DNA of 56,311 bases, from positions 1 to 56,311 of the forward strand of contig JBBSWR010000219.1 of assembly GCA_038046185.1 (NCBI GenBank), given 5' to 3'. Position 1 is the first letter of the stretch. Each line of letters starts with the position of its first letter. Source of the DNA: Nanobdellota archaeon. Its GTDB lineage: Archaea > Nanobdellota > Nanobdellia > Woesearchaeales > GW2011-AR4. Under the pieces are notes generated by a model. That model searched no databases. It was given only the letters and a program-made list of their open reading frames with translations, and was not told the origin of the DNA. This document shows positions 46,561 to 54,584 of this stretch, in pieces. A program made the position numbers and the translations under genes.

Positions 46561-48528
46561 TTATTTTACAATATTATGATGAATTTTATATAAAACAGAA
46601 CCAGTTTTATTTGATTTATAAAGAAACTCAAAATTTGAGGGTATTTTTGGATTAGCTGGATCAGATAGAATCATCAAGTCATATGCTTGAGTTTGATTCA
46701 AGTTTTGAGGAATGGAATGTGGTGGAACTGGTTGATACACAATATAATCAGGAATAGGATGTATAGAATTGAATCGATCATTTGGAAAACTGAATATATT
46801 TGATATGTATATATCATAACTTGACCAATTTTTTCTTGAAATATAGTTATCTAATGTATCATTAGTAACACCTTCTGTTAGATATGCGTGAAGAAATTTA
46901 CTGTGTGCATAATAAGAATATCCTGAAAATCTCGCCATGACGTATTTATTTTCAATATTTTCTTCATGTGATAGAATATCTCCTATTTCTTCATATTCAA
47001 GTCCTGAAGGCAATACATCATCATTATTAAAAACTCTGATTGACTGATTATAGTAGGAGTTTGTAGTTATTTGTGATATTGAAGATTGATCAAGTAAGTT
47101 ATTTTCATAAAGATGTAGATTCAGAAATCCATAAGAAAAACCTAATTGTAAAACGATAATAATTATAACTGATGAAAAAATAATTTTGTTTGAGTGAATT
47201 TTCCTAAAGATTTTTTGGGAGACAGATGGAAGTGTTTTGAGGAAAAATATAGAGCTGAGAGTAGGAATAATTAACCACATTGGTAAAAGTTGATAGGGAG
47301 CAGCTAGACTGACAATAGAGATCATTGAGAAATAGATCACAGACAAAATTAGAAGAGGTAGAAGCTGTTTGCTAAAAGTTCGTAAATAAAAAACACCTAA
47401 TACAATCAGAGGTATGATGAAAATTGCAAAAAAGTGTTCTGTAATTTGACCAAATATTAAAACCAAAATAAATACTGAAAGTGTAGAAAGTGCAACAATT
47501 AGTAATGTGTGTTTATTCATATTTTGACGAGTTAGATATAGAAATCCGCCTAAAACTGGAATAAATCCTATGAATGGTACAACGGTAACAATAGACATAT
47601 TCATAAACGAATTGAAATTAAAAAGATGGCTTGCATTTCTAAAAAAGACATTATGGAGATAATTTTTCAAAAATAAATTAAAATCAGTGGTTATTCCAAC
47701 TGATCCAGGTTTTGGATCTGTCAATTGTGTTTCAATTATTTTTTCTTGCCATTCAGGAGTTTGATATTTATTAAACCAAAGCATGTAGAGATCAGTGTCA
47801 TTATCAAAAAGGGTTCCATGAATTGTATAATTATAAAAGATCATAGGACTAAATGCAGCTAAGAAAGTTAAACCTAAAATTACACAAAAAAAGATATTTT
47901 GTTTAATATTATTTCTATGAAGAATTACAAAAATCAATAATGACATCAATACAGGAATGCCTTGAAATCGAATTAGAGATGCGGCACCAAGAAGAGAGCC
48001 AATTATCAATAGATCAGGTATACGTATTGATTTTCTAGTAATAAAAAATAGAGAAATAAAAATGAGAAAAATTGAGAATAGTTCATTTACGGATTCGATT
48101 GAAAGTAGGTGGAGTCTTGGATTTATCGCCACAAATAATTGTCCCAATAGTGCAATTTTTGTATCAAAAACATTTCTAATTATAAAAAATGACACAAAAA
48201 CTATTCCAGTACCACTTAGAAGCGAGATTATTTTTCCAGTAAGAAATGGATCATTAAAAATAGGATTTAACATAACATGCAAAATTGGACCTCCTATTGG
48301 AGCGTCAGGAATCTTTACATTTTGTCCATTTCCGGACAGAATATCAACACCCCAATTATAGTACAATATACCATCTGTTTCAAACCAATAGGGATGATGA
48401 AAGAATGTAATGTATGAAATGGTAATTAGAAAAATTAAAGTGAGTAATATAGGATATTTTATATCGTCAAATCTTCGGATTAAACAAATAACATTTGGAG
48501 AGTGATTTGATTTGCAAGATGTGTTCAT
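46561..48528 (-). CDS. GT-C-like polytopic membrane glycosyltransferase with C-terminal extracytoplasmic domain (intact, fused form)
   Basis: 655 aa. FFHHPYWFETDGILYY first-loop acidic motif and more than 10 TM segments. The about 190-aa soluble C-terminal domain is homologous to 34714..35295. Confidence 0.6.
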   Translation of the reverse strand: MNTSCKSNHSPNVICLIRRFDDIKYPILLTLIFLITISYITFFHHPYWFETDGILYYNWGVDILSGNGQNVKIPDAPIGGPILHVMLNPIFNDPFLTGKIISLLSGTGIVFVSFFIIRNVFDTKIALLGQLFVAINPRLHLLSIESVNELFSIFLIFISLFFITRKSIRIPDLLIIGSLLGAASLIRFQGIPVLMSLLIFVILHRNNIKQNIFFCVILGLTFLAAFSPMIFYNYTIHGTLFDNDTDLYMLWFNKYQTPEWQEKIIETQLTDPKPGSVGITTDFNLFLKNYLHNVFFRNASHLFNFNSFMNMSIVTVVPFIGFIPVLGGFLYLTRQNMNKHTLLIVALSTLSVFILVLIFGQITEHFFAIFIIPLIVLGVFYLRTFSKQLLPLLILSVIYFSMISIVSLAAPYQLLPMWLIIPTLSSIFFLKTLPSVSQKIFRKIHSNKIIFSSVIIIIVLQLGFSYGFLNLHLYENNLLDQSSISQITTNSYYNQSIRVFNNDDVLPSGLEYEEIGDILSHEENIENKYVMARFSGYSYYAHSKFLHAYLTEGVTNDTLDNYISRKNWSSYDIYISNIFSFPNDRFNSIHPIPDYIVYQPVPPHSIPQNLNQTQAYDLMILSDPANPKIPSNFEFLYKSNKTGSVLYKIHHNIVK

Positions 48529-48584
48529 AGTTATTAATAATCAATTGATGTGGGTTATAAAATAATATAGAAAACATCAGAGTG

Positions 48585-49694
48585 CTATTTTTTCATTTCA
48601 ATACTATTAGCTAAATATTGTGTTTCTTCAAGATCTTTACGAATTCCCTCTATTGTTATTTCTTCAATATCCACCAAATATTTGTAATTGGTTAATTCAC
48701 TGTAAGTGGGTTCTCTCCCCAATAATTCTTTGTATAATTCTTTGATAATTCCTCGCGTATCATCAAATCTTTTCAAATCTAATGCCTCTTGTGATTTTAG
48801 CAGTTCTTTGCGCAATTCAGATTTGGTCAAATATCCTTCTTCTAGCAGTGTAGACCAATAACGTAGTCCTTTTTCATCTACAGAACGACGTAAAATTTCT
48901 TGATAAAGTGAATCTACAAAAAGTTTGGTTTCAGGATTTATCTCATTTAGTAATTTTGGATTGTTTGATGCAGTTAGTGTACCAAATTCTTTTGAAGATA
49001 GTAATTCAGTTCGGATGTCATTTTCAGTAAATGTTCCATTTCTAAGAAGATTAGAATAGTATATCAATCCCCATTTATCCGCAGGTCGCAGAAGGATTTC
49101 CCGGTATATGTCATCTACTGTTCTTTCAGATGCATCAAACTTTGAAAAACCATATTGAATAAAGCTGTTAACAACTGTGTCCAAAGCATGCTCCAAATTT
49201 GATTTTGGTATAAATACAAATGGGCTTAGAAGTCCTTTTAATTTTAGTTCAACATCAGTTGTTATTTTGACTTTTGTATCAAGATCTTCAAATTTTTGAG
49301 TGATTTTAGTATTTACAGCATCTCCATCTAACACTTCAACAATATGAAAATCATGTGGAGAAAATGTATGTCTTACAAGAATTGAATTAGTAATTCCTTG
49401 TTCTGAAATAATTTCTCGTGCAATTATTACATTTTTAGTTTTATTAATTATAGTAACAGAGAGTATATTTTTTGGTAAAATTTTTGGATATTTTTCAACG
49501 TCATAAAATAAATTAAAAAGTAGTTCCTTATCACCATCAACTATTTTTGTAGTATGCAATTCAGAAACTGTGTGAGGAGTTAGATCAGGTAGTGTTATTT
49601 CATCATATAAGGATGAAGTGTAGAGAATCCCTATGAAAAAAGAAATAGCAAGAAAACCATAAAATGAAATTATGATTTTGTCACTTTTGTTCAT
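48585..49694 (-). CDS. N-terminally TM-anchored protein: SRPBCC-like (polyketide cyclase/START-like) region + three tandem DUF4214-like repeats
   Basis: TM segment IIISFYGFLAISFFIGILY. ELLFNLFYDVEKYPKILP is a SRPBCC-like start. Three repeats: IYREILLRPADKWGLIYYSNLLRNG, LYQEILRRSVDEKGLRYWSTLLEEG, LYKELLGREPTYSELTNYKYLVDIE. Confidence 0.5.
   Translation of the reverse strand: MNKSDKIIISFYGFLAISFFIGILYTSSLYDEITLPDLTPHTVSELHTTKIVDGDKELLFNLFYDVEKYPKILPKNILSVTIINKTKNVIIAREIISEQGITNSILVRHTFSPHDFHIVEVLDGDAVNTKITQKFEDLDTKVKITTDVELKLKGLLSPFVFIPKSNLEHALDTVVNSFIQYGFSKFDASERTVDDIYREILLRPADKWGLIYYSNLLRNGTFTENDIRTELLSSKEFGTLTASNNPKLLNEINPETKLFVDSLYQEILRRSVDEKGLRYWSTLLEEGYLTKSELRKELLKSQEALDLKRFDDTRGIIKELYKELLGREPTYSELTNYKYLVDIEEITIEGIRKDLEETQYLANSIEMKK
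48621..49121 (-). repeat. Three tandem protein-level repeats of about 45-60 aa (DUF4214-like) within CDS 48585..49694
   Basis: Residues about 192-237, 258-303 and 315-358 share the (I/L)Y(R/Q/K)E(I/L)L(x)R...GL.YW..LL..G......(I/L)R.ELL.S.E pattern. Confidence 0.6.
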
Positions 49695-49743
49695 TATTTA
49701 ATCAAATTGTTCATATCCGGATATACTTTTGTTTACTAGATGG

Positions 49744-50742
49744 TCATTGTCTTATATTACTTATTAAATTCATTTTTTCTAATTCTTTTGTACTCAAAAC
49801 TCTCTTAGAGTTTACATCCTTATGCTTGGAAATCAAATAACCCATATTTGAAAATAGCCAAAAAACACTTTTGATTGCTGTACCAAAATCAGGTTTTTGT
49901 GCAATTGTGTCTTCAAACTTTGTAGATGTGACCATCGTCTTTCCGTTAATTTTATAATCAAACCAAATTTTGATCTCCCGTGTTCCATAAATTATAAAAA
50001 ACAAAAATAAATTTTTAAAAACCAATGGAAGTTCAAAATTTGTAATTTTCATTGATAGTTGGTTTTTAATTCCATGAAATGTGGATTCTGATCTGAATTT
50101 TTTTGTTGTAATACCCCCTACATGATATACAATGGACTTTGGAACAACGATACTCTCATACCCTAAAATCCAGGAGCGCCATCCCAAATCAACATCTTCA
50201 AAAGAAAATACAAATTTTTCATCAAATCCTCCTAGTTTGGAAAAGATCTCTTTTCGTATCAGCATTGAAGCTGCTCTTGGACTGAATATTCTTCGTGTTT
50301 GATTGATTTCTTGTTTGGAATTGTAAACCATACCAATCTTGTCTATAAAATCACCACTGGAATCAATAATTCCATTGGGTTTTAACAACAAACTTTGGCA
50401 TATTGCAATTTTGTTATTTTGTTTGATTTCAAGAACAAGTTCCATAAGAAAATTAGGTGTTACTATTGTGTCATTGTTTAAAAATAAGAGAAATTCGCCT
50501 TTTGCAGTTTTGGAGCAAATGTTGTTTGGTTCAGCAAATCCATAATTAGTATCAAGTGAAATGATTAGAACGTGTGGAAAATTATGTTTTATGAATTCAA
50601 CACTATCATCAGAAGAATTATTATCAATTACAATTATTTCAATAGGCTCATATAGAATTTTATTTAATGAGTTAAGACATTTTTCAATATGATCTTTTCC
50701 ATTAAAATTTACAATTATGATTGAAACCAGAGGAAGTTCCAT
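49744..50742 (-). CDS. GT2 glycosyltransferase (soluble, rhamnosyl/galactosyltransferase-like)
   Basis: VSIIIVNFNGKDHIEKCLNSL, VIDNNSSDDSV, LLFLNNDT, EDVDLGWR motifs. Confidence 0.85.
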   Translation of the reverse strand: MELPLVSIIIVNFNGKDHIEKCLNSLNKILYEPIEIIVIDNNSSDDSVEFIKHNFPHVLIISLDTNYGFAEPNNICSKTAKGEFLLFLNNDTIVTPNFLMELVLEIKQNNKIAICQSLLLKPNGIIDSSGDFIDKIGMVYNSKQEINQTRRIFSPRAASMLIRKEIFSKLGGFDEKFVFSFEDVDLGWRSWILGYESIVVPKSIVYHVGGITTKKFRSESTFHGIKNQLSMKITNFELPLVFKNLFLFFIIYGTREIKIWFDYKINGKTMVTSTKFEDTIAQKPDFGTAIKSVFWLFSNMGYLISKHKDVNSKRVLSTKELEKMNLISNIRQ

Positions 50743-50785
50743 GTCAGTTATCTAAAACTTTAGTTTAATATAGAATGTCATAAGA

Positions 50786-51685
50786 CTATCGTTTTGAGCG
50801 TATTGAGTTCAGATAAAATACTAGAATACGTTCAGATATGTTTGACGGTAATATTTTAAGAAGTTTTAATCCGTATAACATGACTATTTTTAAGAGAGAG
50901 TATGTTTTTTTATAATTTTTTAATGAATTAATGTACAAAAATTTCTCATCATTTGAAAGTTTAGATAGGATCTCATTTTTAATTTGTTCAAGAAAGTTTA
51001 GTGTTGATAAAATATTATTATGCGAAAGCTGTTTACTATGAATTCTATACTGTATTAGGGATTTCTGAATAAGAAAAAATTTCATTTTATACAAGATTGC
51101 TGCTTGTAAAAAAAAGTCATAATCTATTGCTACAGGATCATCCAAGTTTCTAAAAATACATCCTTTTTGAAATAATGATGATGGAATTAGTGTAGTATTT
51201 ACATTAATTTGTTGACCATCAAGTAGTCTAATGTTGTAATCAAATTCTGAAAGATTGTTATAATCAGATTCAGAAAAGTCCCGGATTTTTTTTCCTTTTT
51301 CATCAATTATCTCCCAATTTGAATAAACTATTGTATTATCAGGGAATTTTTTGATTTGATTAACAAGTGTTTCAATTGCATTTGGAAACATTACATCATC
51401 AGGTGAAAACCATTTGATCCATTTACCACTGGCTTTGCTTAGTCCATTATTCAATGCACTTGCCAATCCCTGATTTTTCTGAGAGATGACCTGAATTTTA
51501 TCAGAATACTGTTTTAAAATTTCTTTAGAGGGATCAGTTGAACCGTCATCAATACAGATAACTTCAATATTTTTGTAAGTTTGATTAATTACAGAATCAA
51601 GAGAGTATTTTAGAAACTTTTCAGAGTTATAGATAGGAATTATGATTGAGACAAGTTCATCAGATATATCGGTTAGTTCAGTCAT
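50786..51685 (-). CDS. GT2 glycosyltransferase
   Basis: VSIIIPIYNSEKFLKYSLDSVINQTYKNIEVICIDDGSTDPS is the canonical GT2 N-terminus; FSPDD is a DxD-like motif. Confidence 0.85.
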   Translation of the reverse strand: MTELTDISDELVSIIIPIYNSEKFLKYSLDSVINQTYKNIEVICIDDGSTDPSKEILKQYSDKIQVISQKNQGLASALNNGLSKASGKWIKWFSPDDVMFPNAIETLVNQIKKFPDNTIVYSNWEIIDEKGKKIRDFSESDYNNLSEFDYNIRLLDGQQINVNTTLIPSSLFQKGCIFRNLDDPVAIDYDFFLQAAILYKMKFFLIQKSLIQYRIHSKQLSHNNILSTLNFLEQIKNEILSKLSNDEKFLYINSLKNYKKTYSLLKIVMLYGLKLLKILPSNISERILVFYLNSIRSKR

Positions 51686-51707
51686 GTATATTCATGTACA
51701 AAAATAT

Positions 51708-52718
51708 TCAAATTCTTTTTTTGATGTAATCTATAGAATGTACAGGAGAAGGATCAGTTTTTGATAAAATTGCCCTATAAATTGACGCATAATCAAGCAG
51801 ATAGATTAAAGCAATAATCTTTGTCAAGATATTGCCTGGAACAGAACGCACCTCTCTAAAATCAATATTATTTTCCACAAAGTATTCTCTGACGATATCA
51901 AATCTTTCCTTGGTTTTGACATAATCATTATTGCCTCGCAACAATATTGGTTGTACTGATGATGGTTTTTCCCAAGAGACTATACCGTTATGACATGCCT
52001 CTACAATATCTTCTATAATAGCATGAGTTTTTACATTTTCCTGTAGAGATGACTTGAATCTAGTAGCAACTGGTTGTAATCCGTGAGGATAATAAATCAA
52101 AGGTATTCCTGAAATCCAACGGGCAAGATTGATTGCAGGATTTGAATCAGACAGATTTTGAGATGAAATCTGTTTTTGTGTTTTATTAAGCTCATTTAAT
52201 GATTCTATGATGTCATTTTTTTTAATTGGAAGCATTGAATTTAACGTTTTTAATATTGAATATGTGAATGTACAGAATGAAGATCTGGGAGAATGTGTTT
52301 GTTCAATCTTTCTAAAATGAATTTTATTTTTATTGCAGAATTCTTCCATCTTGCCTCCAGAAAAAAATGCAATAGAATTGCAATCTAGTTTCTTTGTAGA
52401 ATCCAATACAGTCATAGTCTCATTAGTATTACCAGAAATACTTGTGGCAATTACTAGAGTGTTTTTATCTACTGTTTTTGGTAAAAGATAACCTTTGACT
52501 AGAGATACGTGTATATCACTTTTAGACAGTATTGAGGAAAATAAATCGCCTATTGCGCCGGAACCTCCCATTCCAGCAAATACAATATGATCAATATTAT
52601 CAAAATGTATTGGCTCTAGATCAGATTCGTATGCTTTATGTGAAATTTCGGGCCACATATCATATATTTTGTACATCCCACTTAGATCATATTTTTCTAA
52701 AATTTCTCTAGTTAGCAA
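51708..52718 (-). CDS. Bifunctional phosphoglucose/phosphomannose isomerase (SIS-domain, archaeal PGI/PMI type)
   Basis: TTG start. IVFAGMGGSGAIGDLF and VIATSISGNTNET SIS motifs; about 336 aa. It supplies Man-6-P/Fru-6-P for sugar activation. Confidence 0.75.
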   Translation of the reverse strand: MLTREILEKYDLSGMYKIYDMWPEISHKAYESDLEPIHFDNIDHIVFAGMGGSGAIGDLFSSILSKSDIHVSLVKGYLLPKTVDKNTLVIATSISGNTNETMTVLDSTKKLDCNSIAFFSGGKMEEFCNKNKIHFRKIEQTHSPRSSFCTFTYSILKTLNSMLPIKKNDIIESLNELNKTQKQISSQNLSDSNPAINLARWISGIPLIYYPHGLQPVATRFKSSLQENVKTHAIIEDIVEACHNGIVSWEKPSSVQPILLRGNNDYVKTKERFDIVREYFVENNIDFREVRSVPGNILTKIIALIYLLDYASIYRAILSKTDPSPVHSIDYIKKRI

Positions 52719-52851
52719 CTAACCAGACAGAGAGATTTAATCCATTTAATTTCTTTCTAATGGTGTTTACCAAGTTTTAGAAAAAATCATAGATTCTAAG
52801 CGTTAATGGTTAAAAACTAAATTTAACTATGACTACTTTTTATCAAGTTTA

Positions 52852-54129
52852 ATGAAAGAAAATAACGATAAAAGTCAGTCATTTTCTTCAGTTTCAAGGA
52901 ATATCCCTTTGATAGTCTTTTTGTTCTCAATTGTTATAGTTATGATTAGCTTTGTATCAGTTATTTTTCCTGCATTAATTGTAGGCTCTAATACAACAAT
53001 TATCCCAAATATTCAACCAGTACTGCCCAATCTATTTGAATTAGGAGTATGGTCGTATGGCGTTATAATTTCATCAATTGTTATTTTTGGATTATTGTAT
53101 TTATTTTATAAAAATAAACTATCAAGTTCAATTTCCAAACTATTTAAAAAAATATTTAATTTTGAAGTTTCAAAAAAGACTGCATTTATCACATTAGTTG
53201 TTATTTTAGTAGTCTATGTAGGATTTACAACCTCAGAATTATGGCAGCAAGAAACTTGGGAAGACTACCAACCAATAAAGAAAAGACTGCAGGAATCAAT
53301 TAGAGACAACAGATGGACTATCGAAGATGCCATTAATGGAAACCCAAATTATCCAAAAGATGAACCACATGTAACGTATACACTGTTATTGATTTCCTTA
53401 AAGTTATTTGGAAATGATAAGATAGTTCCTTTTCTTGCAAGTATTGGTTTACTAGTAATAACTTATTTGATTACTACAAAAATTACTCAAAAAAGATTTG
53501 CTGGAATTGTTGCTTTTATTATTATTATTCAGAGTAATTTGTTTTTAACTTATGACACTTCGGCTACATATACCAATTTTTGGGTTTTATTTTATCTGTT
53601 ATCTCTGTATGCAGTGTATAGATTCTGGCAACTTTCCCCAATATCATATCTTATTTCAATTCCAGCAAAGGTGCTAACTGTAGCATTTTTACCCATGTCA
53701 ATTTACTTTATTTTAAGATCAGATATATCAAAAAAGAGTAAAATTGTTGTTACATTATCTACCATAGCAATCATAGCTGCAGTTGGCATTACTGCAATGT
53801 CTATGAGCTCAGGTGGTGAGGCAATGCAAGAAAGTTTTGATGCAAAAGAATTTTGGATGGGTTTTACATCTTTTTCGTACCAGCTAAGAACAGATGGACT
53901 AGTCTTATTATTTATGATTCCATTAATGGTAGGATTGTTCCTAGTATCAAAAAGAGGAGTAAAACACGGAGAGTCAATCATGGTATTAATCTCAGGAATA
54001 CTTCTAATAGTTCCAATACTAACTGGTTTTACAAATCAGACAAACCAGCCGTATAGATTCATGCCACTGGTAGTATTTTTTGCAATAGGTGTTGGAGTAT
54101 TACTATCAAAAAGAGAGTCTAAGATATAG
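52852..54129 (+). CDS. Polytopic membrane protein, possible GT-C/ArnT-like glycosyltransferase
   Basis: 425 aa with about 10 hydrophobic segments. EPHVTYTLLLISLKLFGNDKIVPFLASIGLLVITYL resembles the PPLxYWL...FG...R block of GT39/GT83 enzymes. Weak call. Confidence 0.4.
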   Translation: MKENNDKSQSFSSVSRNIPLIVFLFSIVIVMISFVSVIFPALIVGSNTTIIPNIQPVLPNLFELGVWSYGVIISSIVIFGLLYLFYKNKLSSSISKLFKKIFNFEVSKKTAFITLVVILVVYVGFTTSELWQQETWEDYQPIKKRLQESIRDNRWTIEDAINGNPNYPKDEPHVTYTLLLISLKLFGNDKIVPFLASIGLLVITYLITTKITQKRFAGIVAFIIIIQSNLFLTYDTSATYTNFWVLFYLLSLYAVYRFWQLSPISYLISIPAKVLTVAFLPMSIYFILRSDISKKSKIVVTLSTIAIIAAVGITAMSMSSGGEAMQESFDAKEFWMGFTSFSYQLRTDGLVLLFMIPLMVGLFLVSKRGVKHGESIMVLISGILLIVPILTGFTNQTNQPYRFMPLVVFFAIGVGVLLSKRESKI

Positions 54130-54559
54130 GTCTGATAAAAGTCCACACTGATTCCATGGTATCACCTGGAATTGTAAGATATCCATCATGAGCAAATCTA
54201 GTAAGTAACACATGCTTTTCATCCACACTATCAGATAGTATGGTACTTGCTACTAGTTCTTCAGAATTAAATGATTGTGATTGTGCTCTTCGAATAATTT
54301 GGTATTGTTGTCCATCAATTGTAATGACAGGATCATTTCCTCGAGACGCTTCATAGTTCAAGAACGATTCAAGTGCAGGTGCATTAAGATATGAAAATTT
54401 AGTTGATTCAAGATAGACAACAAGAGTACCGTCAGAATTTCTTATAGTTGTTTGGACAAACACAAAGATGCTATCGCCAAGATGGGTTTGGGTTACGCCA
54501 AAAACACTACTTGATGGAATCAACAAAAATGCAAATCCAAATAAAATTAATTTATTCAT
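54119..54559 (-). CDS. Small secreted or membrane-anchored protein of unknown function
   Basis: N-terminal signal-like segment MNKLILFGFAFLLIPSSSVFG; 146 aa with no recognisable motif. The 3' end overlaps the convergent gene by 11 nt. Confidence 0.5.
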   Translation of the reverse strand: MNKLILFGFAFLLIPSSSVFGVTQTHLGDSIFVFVQTTIRNSDGTLVVYLESTKFSYLNAPALESFLNYEASRGNDPVITIDGQQYQIIRRAQSQSFNSEELVASTILSDSVDEKHVLLTRFAHDGYLTIPGDTMESVWTFIRPIS

Positions 54560-54584
54560 AGAATCACTCCAAGATACAAGATAA

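Noticed and set aside
1-54129. A claim that the island was horizontally acquired.
   Set aside because: The composition looks uniformly AT-rich across the island and the flanking thrC/E1 genes. No mobility genes or flanking repeats were seen, and I cannot compute codon or k-mer statistics here. The claim is unsupported.
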